Positions 38,786 to 48,617 of a stretch of DNA of 64,000 nucleotides are shown in pieces. Within the stretch, counting starts at the first letter, position 1. Every line of letters starts with the position of its first letter. The stretch lies in assembly GCA_965221775.1 (NCBI GenBank), contig CBDCSU010000006.1, forward strand, positions 1,664,001 through 1,728,000, in the 5' to 3' direction. The DNA comes from Candidatus Latescibacterota bacterium (GTDB lineage: Bacteria > Latescibacterota > UBA2968 > UBA8231). The translations under genes were made by a program, and so were the position numbers. The notes under the pieces are model-generated. The model searched no databases, was not told where the DNA came from, and worked only from the letters and a program-made list of their open reading frames with translations.

Positions 38786-39718
38786 TCAGGCCTCCTTCTT
38801 CTGGTTCGGCACGCCGGCGGCGACCTCGCCCAGCCCCTCGAAGAAGCCCTTGATCCGGGCCAGCTCCAGGGGCACGACGGAGACGCTGGACTTGGCGGCG
38901 ATCTCCCGGATCGTCTCGATGTACTCCTCCACCAGCTGCATCTTCAGCGCCGCCGGTCCGCCTTCCTTCTGCACCGCGGCGGCGATCCGCTCGGTGCCCT
39001 CGGCGGTGGCCTCGGCGATGATGGAGATCGCCTCGGCCTGTCCCCTGGCGACGTTGATCCGGCGTTGCTTCTCGCCCTCGGAGATGTTGATCTCCTCCTG
39101 GCGCTCGCCCTCGGAGAGGTTGATGGTGCTCTCCTTCTCCGCCGCGGCGCGGGTGATCTCGGCGCGCTTCTCGCGCTCCGCCTCCATCTGCTTCTCGAGG
39201 GTGTTCACCACGTTCGCCGAGGGCGTGATGTTGCGCAGCTCGTAGCGCAGCACCTTGATCCCCCAGGGATTCGAGGCCTTGTCGATCTCCTGGACGATCG
39301 TCTCGTTCAGGGACTCGCGCTCGTAGAACGACTGGCCCAGGGTCAGCTTGCCGATCTCGGCCCGCATCGTCGTCTGCGCCAGGTTGATGCTGGCGCGGCG
39401 GTAGTCCTCGATGCCGTAGCTGGCGCGCTCGGGATCGAGGACCTGCAGGTAGACCAGGCCGTCCACCTCGACCTGGATGTTGTCGCGCGTGATGCAGGCC
39501 TGGCTGGGGACGTCGATCACCTGCTCGCGCGTCTCGTGGCGATAGGCGATGCGGTCGAAAAAGGGGATGAGGAAGTGGAACCCCGGCTGCAGGACCGCCC
39601 GGAACTTGCCCAGCCGCTCGACGATGACCGCCGCGCGCATGGGCACGACGACAAATGTCTTGAGCACCAGGAACAGGGCGATCAGCACGAGGATCGTGAA
39701 GTACGTCAGAAGGGGCAT
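38786..39718 (-). CDS. SPFH/stomatin (paraslipin-like) protein
   Basis: IVERLGKF, ITRDNIQVEVDG, AQTTMRAEIG, WGIKVLRYE. Confidence 0.93.
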   Translation of the reverse strand: MPLLTYFTILVLIALFLVLKTFVVVPMRAAVIVERLGKFRAVLQPGFHFLIPFFDRIAYRHETREQVIDVPSQACITRDNIQVEVDGLVYLQVLDPERASYGIEDYRRASINLAQTTMRAEIGKLTLGQSFYERESLNETIVQEIDKASNPWGIKVLRYELRNITPSANVVNTLEKQMEAEREKRAEITRAAAEKESTINLSEGERQEEINISEGEKQRRINVARGQAEAISIIAEATAEGTERIAAAVQKEGGPAALKMQLVEEYIETIREIAAKSSVSVVPLELARIKGFFEGLGEVAAGVPNQKKEA

Positions 39719-39721
39719 CGC

Positions 39722-40186
39722 TCAATTCTCCTGTAAGGGACCGCCGCCGTCGGGCCCGGCGGCCTCGACGACCCACACGAGGTTCTCGCGATAGGCGAGG
39801 ATCGCCTTCTCTCCCGCCTCGATGGTGCCGTCGTAGCAGATCGCCTGCCAGGTGGCGTCCCGGTAGTGGATCCGCCCCGCCTGGTCCGGCGCGATCCTCT
39901 CCACCACGTCCACGACCGTGCCGTAGGCGTCCTCCTCCTCGTCGGTGGACTGTCGCTCGGACCCGCCTCCGACGAAGCGCAGGAAGAGGCCGCGCAGGCT
40001 CAGCAGCAGGACGAGGGAGAGGATGAACCAGGTGGTGAGGGCCGGGATCAGGCCGTCGATCCAGCCCAGCCAGATGAGGGCGGCCACGATCAGGGCGCTC
40101 GACCCGAGAAAGCCGAGCACCATTCCGGGCAGGAACAACTCCAGCAGGATCATGACGGCGCCGGCGACGATCCAGGCTGTGAGCAT
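39722..40186 (-). CDS. NfeD family membrane protein
   Basis: WIVAGAVMILLELFLPG transmembrane region plus C-terminal OB-like GRIHYRDATWQA; adjacent to SPFH genes. Confidence 0.88.
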   Translation of the reverse strand: MLTAWIVAGAVMILLELFLPGMVLGFLGSSALIVAALIWLGWIDGLIPALTTWFILSLVLLLSLRGLFLRFVGGGSERQSTDEEEDAYGTVVDVVERIAPDQAGRIHYRDATWQAICYDGTIEAGEKAILAYRENLVWVVEAAGPDGGGPLQEN

Positions 40187-40318
40187 AGGGCCTCCGGGGA
40201 TTGGCAGGCGGAGACGGCGTCGGGGAAGGATAGGGCGGATGAGAGGGGGGAGCGAGATTGCGGGGAAGGCCGGGCGCCCGGAGCGCACCGGGGCGGCCTC
40301 CCCCGGCGGTGCAAGGGA

Positions 40319-40792
40319 TCAGCCGATCCACTGCCGCCACTGCTCGGGCAGCTCCTTGCCGAGGGAGCGCAGGTACACGCTCACCTTGGCGCAGAAGATC
40401 AGGATCGACTCGCGGTAGATGTGGAACTGCACCCCCACGGGCACGCTGTAGGCCCCGCGATCGATCTGCTTGCCCTGCACGTCCTCCTCGCCGAGGGCGT
40501 GGAGGGCCGCCTTCAGGGCGGCGTCCGAGCGGGCGTACCACTCCCGCAGGACCGATACCCTCGTCTCCGCTCCCCCGGGGGGCGGCCGCTCCTTCCAGTC
40601 CATGGCGAAAGTCCGGAAGGAGTCGGTATAGATCTCCTCCAGCTGGCCCGCCTCGCGGCACAGCGCGCCGAGAGACGGGTTGCCGGGCAGGGCGTGAGCG
40701 AGATCGGCGTCGCCCAGGACGTCCAGCAACTGTGTGCGCAGCGAGAGGGTCTGCTCCAGCAGAGGGAGCTCCCGTTCCGCGAGACTGTTCAT
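40319..40792 (-). CDS. Hypothetical protein, DinB-like four-helix bundle
   Basis: LLDVLGDADLAHALPGNPSLGALCRE and KVSVYLRSLGKELP patterns; GGAGG RBS. Confidence 0.65.
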   Translation of the reverse strand: MNSLAERELPLLEQTLSLRTQLLDVLGDADLAHALPGNPSLGALCREAGQLEEIYTDSFRTFAMDWKERPPPGGAETRVSVLREWYARSDAALKAALHALGEEDVQGKQIDRGAYSVPVGVQFHIYRESILIFCAKVSVYLRSLGKELPEQWRQWIG

Positions 40793-40840
40793 GGTTCCTC
40801 CCGTTGGGTGAGCCCCCCGCCCCGGCGCGGCCGTTTTCGC

Positions 40841-40869
40841 TTGACTTCTCCCTCCGGAGCGGTTAGGGT
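40841..40869 (+). promoter_or_regulatory. Putative sigma70 promoter
   Basis: TTGACT-N17-TAGGGT upstream of ATG 40920. Confidence 0.5.
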
Positions 40870-40919
40870 GCTGAACCGGCCTGTCATCAGCGGCCCCGCT
40901 CAACCTCCGGAGGTAACGT

Positions 40920-41678
40920 ATGCTCTCTCTCAGGAAGGGAACCACCGCCGGCCTGTGCGCCGCCATCCTCTGCTTCGGCCCCGTCCGCTCCGACGCCCAG
41001 AGCGGGTTGGTCCGCGCCGTCGACGACATTCCGCCCGCGCCGGTCACCGGCCTCACGGCCGTTCTCATGGAGGACAACATCCTCCTGACCTGGAACGCCT
41101 CGGACGACGACAGCGCCGTGGGATCGACCTTCGGCGGGCAGCACGTCTATCGCAACCTCGTCCACGGATACCGCGTATACCGAAGCATCGACGGCGGCGA
41201 GCCGTCGGAGATCGGCAGCACCCCGCCCGGCATCACGGAATACACCGACACCGACATCCTCACCGGCGGCGGGGTCTACGTCTACGACGTACGCGCCTAC
41301 GACTCCGACAACGAGGCCATGCTGGCCATCGAGCCCGGGTCCGAGGCCGACCGGGCCCGTACCGTCACCCCGGCCCCGCTGCCTCGCGATGCCGATGGCA
41401 ATCTGGTCCTCGGCTGGTTCAGTTACGAGGGCGTGAGAGTCGGCCTGGACGACTTCTTTCTGCTCCACGAGAATCTCGGCCGGAAGGAAGGTGACGAGGA
41501 CTTCGAGCCGGTCTACGACCTGAATGCCGACGGTGTCGTCGGGTTCGACGACTTCTTCATCTTCAACGACCACTTCCGCACCGAAATCGCCAACGCCGAC
41601 GAAGTCCAGGAGTTCATCACCTCGGCTGGAAGCGCCGAGGCGATCAACGCGGCCATCGCTTTCCAGATCAAGGAATAG
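40920..41678 (+). CDS. Secreted protein with an FN3-like domain and a dockerin/EF-hand-like C-terminal module
   Basis: Signal peptide, PPAPVTGL..LTWNAS..GYRVYRS..YVYDVRAYD; DLNADGVVGFDDFFIF. Confidence 0.75.
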   Translation: MLSLRKGTTAGLCAAILCFGPVRSDAQSGLVRAVDDIPPAPVTGLTAVLMEDNILLTWNASDDDSAVGSTFGGQHVYRNLVHGYRVYRSIDGGEPSEIGSTPPGITEYTDTDILTGGGVYVYDVRAYDSDNEAMLAIEPGSEADRARTVTPAPLPRDADGNLVLGWFSYEGVRVGLDDFFLLHENLGRKEGDEDFEPVYDLNADGVVGFDDFFIFNDHFRTEIANADEVQEFITSAGSAEAINAAIAFQIKE

Positions 41679-41786
41679 CCTCCTTCCTCGGTCACACGGG
41701 CGGCCCCCGACCCGGGAGCCGCTGACCCGGCCTCACCGCCCGAGCCCGGCCGGATTCGTCTCGCCCCGCCGGCAGCGGCAGTCCTC

Positions 41787-42737
41787 ATGAAGATCGTCGT
41801 TCTCGATGGCTACACCCTGAATCCCGGCGACCTCAGCTGGTCCGGCCTCGAATCCCTGGGCGATGTCACCGTTCACGAACACTCCACCGCCGATCAGGTC
41901 CTGGAGAGAGCCCACGGCGCCGAGATCCTGCTGACCAACAAGACCGTCGTCTCCGGTGAGCACATCGCCCGGCTCCCCGGCCTGCGGTACATCGGCGTGC
42001 TGGCCACGGGCTTCAACATCGTCGACGTGGAAGCCGCCCGTGAGCGCGGCATCCCGGTGTGCAACGTGCCCACCTACGGCACCGCCTCGGTAGCCCAGGC
42101 CGCCATCGCCCACCTCCTCAACCTGACCCAGCGCATCGGCGACCACGCCGCCGCCGTCAACGCCGACCGCTGGGCCGAGTGCCGGGACTTCAGCTTCTGG
42201 GACCACCCTCTCGTCGAGCTCGAGGGACTCCTCTTCGGCGTCGTCGGCATGGGCCGCATCGGCCGCCGCACCGCCGAGCTGGCGAGGGCCTTCGGCATGC
42301 AGGTCCTGGCCCACACGCGCACCCCCGATCCGTCCCTCGACTGGGTGGAGCACGCGGGTGTGGACGACCTCTTCCGCCGCTGTGACGCGGTCTCCCTGCA
42401 CTGCCCGCTGACGCCGGAGACCGAGGGGATCGTCGATCGCAGGCGGCTGTCGCTGATGAAGCCGACGGCCTTCCTCATCAACACGAGCCGCGGGCCGCTG
42501 GTGGACGAGGAGGCCCTGAGAGAGGCTCTCGAGGAGGGGCGCATCGCCGGCGCCGGGCTGGACGTGATGGCCGTGGAGCCTCCGGCCTCCGGGCATCCGC
42601 TCTACGGAGTGCGGAACTGCTACATCACGCCCCACAACGCCTGGGCCACGGGCGCCGCCCGCAAGCGCCTGCTCGACACCGTGGTCGACAACGTGGGGGC
42701 CTTTCTCGACGGGAGTCCTCGGAACGTCGTCAACTGA
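41787..42737 (+). CDS. D-2-hydroxyacid dehydrogenase (glycerate dehydrogenase/HprA-like)
   Basis: MKIVVLDGYTLNPGDL, GMGRIG, SLHCPL, INTSRG, ITPHNAW. Confidence 0.93.
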   Translation: MKIVVLDGYTLNPGDLSWSGLESLGDVTVHEHSTADQVLERAHGAEILLTNKTVVSGEHIARLPGLRYIGVLATGFNIVDVEAARERGIPVCNVPTYGTASVAQAAIAHLLNLTQRIGDHAAAVNADRWAECRDFSFWDHPLVELEGLLFGVVGMGRIGRRTAELARAFGMQVLAHTRTPDPSLDWVEHAGVDDLFRRCDAVSLHCPLTPETEGIVDRRRLSLMKPTAFLINTSRGPLVDEEALREALEEGRIAGAGLDVMAVEPPASGHPLYGVRNCYITPHNAWATGAARKRLLDTVVDNVGAFLDGSPRNVVN

Positions 42738-42755
42738 GGACCCGCCCGACCCCGC

Positions 42756-43913
42756 TCACCAGTTCGTGTAGGACCCGTCCCGCCGCCGCAGGTGGGGCGC
42801 CTCCCAGAATTCGAAGCGCTGCGCCGCCGCGGCTTCCTCGTTGAACTCCACCCCGAGGCCGGGCCCCTCCGGAACCGGGAACCGGTCCCCCTCCAGCTCC
42901 AGCTGCACGGGGAACAGGCCGCGGTCGTCGAACCCCAGGTCCTCCGTGGGCGAGACCCGCGCCTCCAGCCAGGCGAAGTTCGGCACCGCCGCCCCGAGGT
43001 GGACGCTGGCGGCCGTGCAGATCGGCCCCAGGGGGTTGTGGGGCATCAGGTCGATGTAGTGGGCCTCGCACATGGCGGCGACCTTCAGCGCCTCGGTGAA
43101 ACCGCCGACGTTGCAGATGTCGAGGCGGGCGAACTGCGTGATGCCGCGCTCCACGTAGGGCAGGAACTGCCACTTGCTCGGGAACTCCTCGCCGATGGCG
43201 AAGGGCACGTCCGTCATCGTGCGCAGGGACTCGTAGGCCTCGGGGGACTCGTCGCGGATCGGCTCCTCGAGGAAGTCGAGGGTTCCCGGCGGCATGCGCT
43301 GGCAGAAGGAGGCGGCCTCGGCCACCGACAGCCGGTGGTGGTAGTCGATGCCGAGGACGGGGTCCGTGCCGATCTCGGCGCGCAGGGCGGTGAGCCATTC
43401 GGCGGTGACGCCGATCGACTCCCGGGGCTCGAACCGCCCCGCGCCGCTCTCCGGGCGGGAGGCGATGCCCGTGCGGATCACGCTCCAGCCGTTGTCGAGG
43501 AGCAGCCTGGCGTTGGCGACGAGCTGCTCCAGGGAGCCGGCGCCGGTGGTGGCGAAGCAGGGCACGAAGTCGCGCTGCCTGCCGCCGAGCAGCTGGTGCA
43601 CCGGCACGTCCAGGGACCGGGCGGTGACGTCGTAGAGGGCGATGTCGATGGCGGAAATCGCCCCGGTCAGGATCCGTCCGCCCTCGAAGTACTGACTGCG
43701 GTACATCTCCTGCCACAGAGCCCCGGGCCGGCGCGGGTCCCGCCCGATCAGGAACTCCCGGTAGTGGCGCACCGCTCCCTGCACCGCCAGCTCGCGGCCG
43801 GAGACGCCGGACTCGCCCCAGCCGTGGATTCCCTCGTCGGTCTCCACCTTGACGATCAGCTGGTTCCGGTGGCCGACCCGGGCGGGATAGACCTTGATGT
43901 CGGAGATGCGCAA
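42756..43913 (-). CDS. Mandelate racemase/muconate lactonising family (galactonate dehydratase-like)
   Basis: TTG start after AGGAG; GIHGWGE, SAIDIALYD, DYH, LEEP, IGEE, MPHNP. Confidence 0.9.
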   Translation of the reverse strand: MRISDIKVYPARVGHRNQLIVKVETDEGIHGWGESGVSGRELAVQGAVRHYREFLIGRDPRRPGALWQEMYRSQYFEGGRILTGAISAIDIALYDVTARSLDVPVHQLLGGRQRDFVPCFATTGAGSLEQLVANARLLLDNGWSVIRTGIASRPESGAGRFEPRESIGVTAEWLTALRAEIGTDPVLGIDYHHRLSVAEAASFCQRMPPGTLDFLEEPIRDESPEAYESLRTMTDVPFAIGEEFPSKWQFLPYVERGITQFARLDICNVGGFTEALKVAAMCEAHYIDLMPHNPLGPICTAASVHLGAAVPNFAWLEARVSPTEDLGFDDRGLFPVQLELEGDRFPVPEGPGLGVEFNEEAAAAQRFEFWEAPHLRRRDGSYTNW

Positions 43914-44082
43914 CGCCCCTGCTCCTTTCCCGGCCCTCGGAGGGGCCGGCGATGGGATCGACGGGCCCTCCCCGGGGCCCGCTCCGGGCAATCAGGGCGA
44001 TTCCCCGGCCGCGGGCAATCCGGCCGGCCGGGTGGCTGCGTCCATTGACTCGCCGAAGGCGCCCGCCGGTTCTTTGGCGCCC

Positions 44083-45261
44083 ATGATCATCGACGAGGTC
44101 CGCGCCTTCCCCATCCATGCCGCCCCCCACCCGGCGACCCCTCCGCGCATCCCGCGGCGGGAGGACGCGCCTCCACTCGTCAGTCCCATGCGCCGCTACC
44201 CGGAGTTCCTGCCCGCCTGGCAGGGCCGCTGGACGGATCTGGCCTGCGTGGTCACCGCCCGGGACGGGACCTGGGGGTTCGGCTTCGGCTCGTTCTCGCC
44301 GCCGGCGGCCAGCATCATCAACGACCATCTCGGCCCGCTGATCACGGGGCAGAGCTGCATGGCCACGGAGAAGCTCTTCGACGTCATGCAGCGCGCCACC
44401 GCTCACTACGGGACCTCCGGCCTGGCCAGCTACGCCATCAGCGCCGTCGACATGGCCCTGTGGGACCTCAAGGGCAAGGTGCTGCAGCGGCCGGTCTACG
44501 AGCTGCTGGGAGGCCCGCAGAAGAGCTCGATCCCCTGCTACGCCAGCGCCACCGGCCACGACTACGGCCTGGAGAGCACCATCGAGTGGTTCCTCGAGCT
44601 CGGCTTCAAGGCGGTCAAGGTCTTCTTCCGCCACGGGCCGTCCGACGACATGGAGGGGCTGCGCCGCAACGAGGAGCTGGTGGCCACGGCCCGGGAGCTG
44701 ATCGGCGACGAGCGCGAGCTGATGGTCGACGCCTGGATGTCCTTCGACGTGGAGTACGTGGTGCGCCTCTCCGAGGCCCTTAAGCCGTACCGCATCAAGT
44801 GGTTCGAGGACTCCCTGCGTCCGGAGGACCTGGGCAGCTACTCCCGCCTGCGGCAGCGCATCCCCCACCAGATCCTGGCCACCGGCGAGCACTGGTACTC
44901 CATCCCGCCCTTCGCCTTCGCCGCGGCCAACGGGCTGATCGACATCTTCCAGCCCGACATCCGCTGGGTGGGCGGGATCAGCGCCGTTCTGCGCATCTGC
45001 CATCTCGCCGAAGGGCATGGCCAGAGCGTGCTCCCCCACGGAGGCATGAACTACCCGTACGGACAGCACCTCTCCTTCGCCATGCCCGCCGTCGCCTGGG
45101 GCGAGCGCTCGGAGGGGGTCTCGCCGCCGGGGGTGCCGCTGGCGGAGATGGTGAAGCTGCCGGGGACCGCCGTCATCGAGAACGGCGAGCTCGTGCCGAG
45201 CGACGCTCCCGGCTTCGGTCTGGAGATCACCAGGGACTGGCTGGAGGAACGGGCGGCCTGA
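44083..45261 (+). CDS. Enolase-superfamily dehydratase (L-rhamnonate dehydratase-like)
   Basis: SAVDMALWDLKGK, LMVDAWMS, WFED, ATGEHWY, QPDIRWVGG. Confidence 0.85.
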   Translation: MIIDEVRAFPIHAAPHPATPPRIPRREDAPPLVSPMRRYPEFLPAWQGRWTDLACVVTARDGTWGFGFGSFSPPAASIINDHLGPLITGQSCMATEKLFDVMQRATAHYGTSGLASYAISAVDMALWDLKGKVLQRPVYELLGGPQKSSIPCYASATGHDYGLESTIEWFLELGFKAVKVFFRHGPSDDMEGLRRNEELVATARELIGDERELMVDAWMSFDVEYVVRLSEALKPYRIKWFEDSLRPEDLGSYSRLRQRIPHQILATGEHWYSIPPFAFAAANGLIDIFQPDIRWVGGISAVLRICHLAEGHGQSVLPHGGMNYPYGQHLSFAMPAVAWGERSEGVSPPGVPLAEMVKLPGTAVIENGELVPSDAPGFGLEITRDWLEERAA

Positions 45262-45278
45262 AGGCCGCGGAGGGCACC

Positions 45279-46211
45279 ATGCTGATACTGACGGAAGAGG
45301 CCGTGTACCGCGCCGACGCGACGGCGCCGCAGCCTGTGCGCGTGCTCGACGCGGCCGCCCGGGCTGTCGACGCATCCACGGGCGCAGGTGTGGCGACGCT
45401 GGAGGACGGCGAGATCGCCCTCATCCGGGCGGAGGGCGCCGATCGGCTGGACAGCGGCATCGGCGACGAGATCCACTGCATCCACGTGCTGCGGGAGGAC
45501 CCGCTGAGCCTGCTCATCGGCACCGAGCCGGCCCACCTCTACCGCCTGGAGGACGGCCAGCCGGCGGCGCGGGTCGAGTCCTTCGACCGCCTGGAGGTCC
45601 GCGGCGACTGGTACACGCCCTGGGGAGGTCCGCCGGCGGTGCGCAGCCTGGCCCGCTCCGGCGGCGACGTGTACGCCGATATCCACGTGGGCAGCATCGT
45701 GCGCTCCGCCGACTCGGGGCAGTCCTGGGCGCCGGTGAAGCCCGGCCTGCACCCGGACGTGCACCAGGTTGCCGTCTGCCCCGCCGCCCCGGAGCGGGTC
45801 TACGTCAACACCGCCGACGCCGTCTTCGTCAGCCAGGACCGCGGCGAGTCCTGGCGCCACCGCGCCGACGGCCTGCCGTGCCGGTACGGCCGGGCCATCG
45901 CCGTCCATCCCGAGGACCCGGACTGCCTGCTTGCCTCGGTGAGCCGCGGGCCCCGCGCCGAGGGCACGGGGCGGCTCTTCCGCAGCGACGACGGAGGGCG
46001 CGCGTGGGCGCCGCCGGACGGCGGCTTTCCGGAGACCACCCGGGACAACGTCGACACCTTCCAGGTGGCCTTCGACGCCGGCGGCGCGGCCTGGGCCTCC
46101 GTCGAGGACCGGCTGTACCGCAGCGGCGACCGCGGCCGGAACTGGAGGGTCGAGTGGCAGGCCCCCGCACCGATCGTCGCCATCTCCTGCCCTCCATCGG
46201 GAACCTCATGA
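45279..46211 (+). CDS. BNR/Asp-box repeat beta-propeller protein
   Basis: GTEPAHLY, RSADSGQSW, HPDVHQV, SQDRGESW, RSDDGGRAW. Confidence 0.82.
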   Translation: MLILTEEAVYRADATAPQPVRVLDAAARAVDASTGAGVATLEDGEIALIRAEGADRLDSGIGDEIHCIHVLREDPLSLLIGTEPAHLYRLEDGQPAARVESFDRLEVRGDWYTPWGGPPAVRSLARSGGDVYADIHVGSIVRSADSGQSWAPVKPGLHPDVHQVAVCPAAPERVYVNTADAVFVSQDRGESWRHRADGLPCRYGRAIAVHPEDPDCLLASVSRGPRAEGTGRLFRSDDGGRAWAPPDGGFPETTRDNVDTFQVAFDAGGAAWASVEDRLYRSGDRGRNWRVEWQAPAPIVAISCPPSGTS

Positions 46212-47356
46212 CCGGCGCCGTCGAGTACGATCTGCTGATCATCGCCGGCCGCGTGTTCTGCGCCGAGACGGGCCTCGACGGCCCGGGCGCGGTCGCGGTG
46301 CGCGGGGGCCGCATCGCCGCCTCGGGCGCGGCCGTGGAGGGCACCGCCGCCAAGACCCTGGCCTACCCCGACGCCCTGCTGCTGCCCGGACTCGTGGACA
46401 TGCACGCCCATCCGGCCCTCGGAGGCTCCCGCTATGGCGTCGACCCGGACGAGCAGTTCCTGCCTCGGGGGGTCACCACCTGCATGTCCCAGGGCGACGC
46501 CGGGGCCCTCGACTGGCCGGCCTACCGCGACGAGGTGATCGGCGGCTGCCGCACCCGGGTGCGGCTGGCCCTGCACCTGTCCAAGCACGGCGAGTCGCGC
46601 GGGGCCCACTGCTTCGAGCGGTTGGACGACGCCGACGTCGATCTGTGCGCCGCCACCGCCGCCGCGGCCGGCGAGGAGATCTGGGGAATCGCCTTCAACA
46701 CCATGCGGAGCCCGGTGATCTCCCACGATCCGAGGGAGATCATGCGCCGCGGCATCGAGGCCGCCGACCGCTGCGGGCGCCCCATCCTCTACGGGCCGCG
46801 GTTCAAGAGGGACTTCCCCCTGGAGGAGCAGCTGCCCTGGCTGCGGGCGGGAGACCTGGTGACCTACACCTTCTGCTTCCTCGAGGACAACATCATCGCC
46901 GGCGGCAGGCTGCGACCGGAGGTTTGGGAGGCCAGGGAGCGGGGGGTCCTGTTCGACGGCTGCCACGGCATGCAGTCCTTCAGCTTCGAACACGCCGAGG
47001 CCGCCATGGCCGAGGGTTTCTACCCCGACACCGTCTCCACCGATCAGTACAACCGCCACCTCGGCAGCGACCCGCCCCACGACCTGCCGCGGACGATGTC
47101 GAAGTTCATCGCCGCCGGCATGCCCGAGACCGAGGTCCTGGCGCGGGCCACGGCGCGGCCGGCGGAACTTCTCGGCCTGAAGGGAGAGGCCGGAACCCTG
47201 GCCCCTGGGGCCTGCGCCGACCTGGCGCTGCTGCAATGGAACGAGGAGGGAAGGCTGAGGGACTGCCGGGACGTGGAACGCGCCGGTGGCTGCTGGGAGC
47301 CGCTGGCCACGTTCCGGGCGGGACAGTTGGTGCGGCCGGGCCCCGATGGGGCATAG
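46208..47356 (+). CDS. Amidohydrolase (dihydroorotase/deacetylase-like)
   Basis: PGLVDMHAH, GVTT, PDTVSTD, GTLAPGACADL; ATGA overlap. Confidence 0.88.
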   Translation: MTGAVEYDLLIIAGRVFCAETGLDGPGAVAVRGGRIAASGAAVEGTAAKTLAYPDALLLPGLVDMHAHPALGGSRYGVDPDEQFLPRGVTTCMSQGDAGALDWPAYRDEVIGGCRTRVRLALHLSKHGESRGAHCFERLDDADVDLCAATAAAAGEEIWGIAFNTMRSPVISHDPREIMRRGIEAADRCGRPILYGPRFKRDFPLEEQLPWLRAGDLVTYTFCFLEDNIIAGGRLRPEVWEARERGVLFDGCHGMQSFSFEHAEAAMAEGFYPDTVSTDQYNRHLGSDPPHDLPRTMSKFIAAGMPETEVLARATARPAELLGLKGEAGTLAPGACADLALLQWNEEGRLRDCRDVERAGGCWEPLATFRAGQLVRPGPDGA

Positions 47357-47388
47357 AAAAAGCCCCGGGAGGATCCCCCGGAGCTTTG
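47357..47388. terminator. Bidirectional intrinsic terminator
   Basis: aaaaagccccgggaggatcccccggagcttt hairpin with A/T tails between the amidohydrolase gene and the tRNA. Confidence 0.75.
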
Positions 47389-47392
47389 GTAG

Positions 47393-47469
47393 TGGTGGGC
47401 GATGCTGGAATTGAACCAGCGACCTCCTGCATGTCAAGCAGGCACTCTAACCAGCTGAGCTAATCGCCC
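47393..47469 (-). tRNA. tRNA-Val (GAC)
   Basis: GGGCGATTAGCTCAGCTGGTTAGAG...CCTGC-TTGACAT-GCAGG...GGTTCAATTCC...TCGCCCACCA; 77 nt with encoded CCA. Confidence 0.97.
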
Positions 47470-47536
47470 GACGAGGCAAGAGCGTACGGCCCCCCCGAAA
47501 TACGGTCAAGGCCGGCTCCGGCCCCCGAAAGAGAGG

Positions 47537-48592
47537 ATGGAAATGGCTTCGATCTATCGCGCGGGCCTCGTGGGATGCGGGCGGATGGGCGCCACCATCG
47601 ACGACGAGGTGAAGGGCCGTCCCGACAGCGAGCTGTTCCTGCCGTACTCGCATGCAGCGGCGGTCAGCGCCTGCGCCCGGACGGACCTTGCGGCGGTCTG
47701 CGACCCTGTGGCGACCAAGGCGGAGGAGGCTGCAGCCCGGTACGGAGCGGCCGCGGTGTACACCGACCCCGAGGAGATGATCCGGCGGGAGGGACTCGAC
47801 ATCGTCTGCATCGCCACCCGGCCTTCGCCGCATGCGCCGGTGACGATCCTCGCCGCCGAGAACGGCGTGCGCGCCGTCTACTGCGAGAAGCCGCTCTGCA
47901 ACTCGATGGCCGAGGCCGACGCCATGGCGGCGGCGGTCGCCGCCAACGGCGTCAAGTTCAACTACGGGACCCAGCGGCGCTACGTGCGCCTCTACCGCAA
48001 CGCCCGGGAGATGATCGACGCCGGCCGCATCGGCCAGTTGCAGGCGGTGATCGCCCACTGCGGCACGGGCGCCGCCCAGTGGGGGCACACGCACGCCGCC
48101 GACATGGTGCTGATGCTGGCCGGCGACGGGGAGGCGGAGTTCGTGCAGGCCACCTGCCGGTTCGCGGAGGACCAGTGGCAGGCGGGGCGCCTGACCGTCG
48201 ATCCGCCGATCGAGATGGGCTACGTACGCTTCGCCAACGGTGTGCACGCCTACTTCGTCGCCTCGGGGGGATACGAATTCGAGGCCTGCGGCAGCGAGGG
48301 CAAGCTGCGCACCCTGTCCAACGGCGGCGGCTACACCTGGCGCCGGGAGGGCGAGCATGGTCTCGAGGAAGCCGCCGGACCGGAGGTGCGGATCGAGAGC
48401 GGCACCCTGCGAGCGATCGAGGATCTCGTGAGAGCCCTCGACGAAGACAGCGATACCCAGGGCGGCATCGAGCTGGCCTGTCGCAGCCAGGAGATCGTCC
48501 TCGGCCTGGTCGCCTCGAGCCGGGAGGACGGCCGGCGCATCGCCCTGCCGCTGGAGGACCGTTCGCTGTCCGTCAGGCCGGACGCCTACTGA
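47537..48592 (+). CDS. Gfo/Idh/MocA family oxidoreductase
   Basis: GLVGCGRMG, DIVCIAT, YCEKPL, GRIG. Confidence 0.92.
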   Translation: MEMASIYRAGLVGCGRMGATIDDEVKGRPDSELFLPYSHAAAVSACARTDLAAVCDPVATKAEEAAARYGAAAVYTDPEEMIRREGLDIVCIATRPSPHAPVTILAAENGVRAVYCEKPLCNSMAEADAMAAAVAANGVKFNYGTQRRYVRLYRNAREMIDAGRIGQLQAVIAHCGTGAAQWGHTHAADMVLMLAGDGEAEFVQATCRFAEDQWQAGRLTVDPPIEMGYVRFANGVHAYFVASGGYEFEACGSEGKLRTLSNGGGYTWRREGEHGLEEAAGPEVRIESGTLRAIEDLVRALDEDSDTQGGIELACRSQEIVLGLVASSREDGRRIALPLEDRSLSVRPDAY

Positions 48593-48617
48593 GGGGGCCG
48601 GGGGCCCCGCGCCGCCC

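Noticed and set aside
37855-40186. NfeD plus two SPFH genes as part of the mini-RNAP system
   Set aside because: A common, well-known operon, convergently oriented; no evidence of linkage
47393-47469. tRNA-Val as an integration site for a genomic island
   Set aside because: No integrase and no duplicated tRNA 3' end were seen in the window
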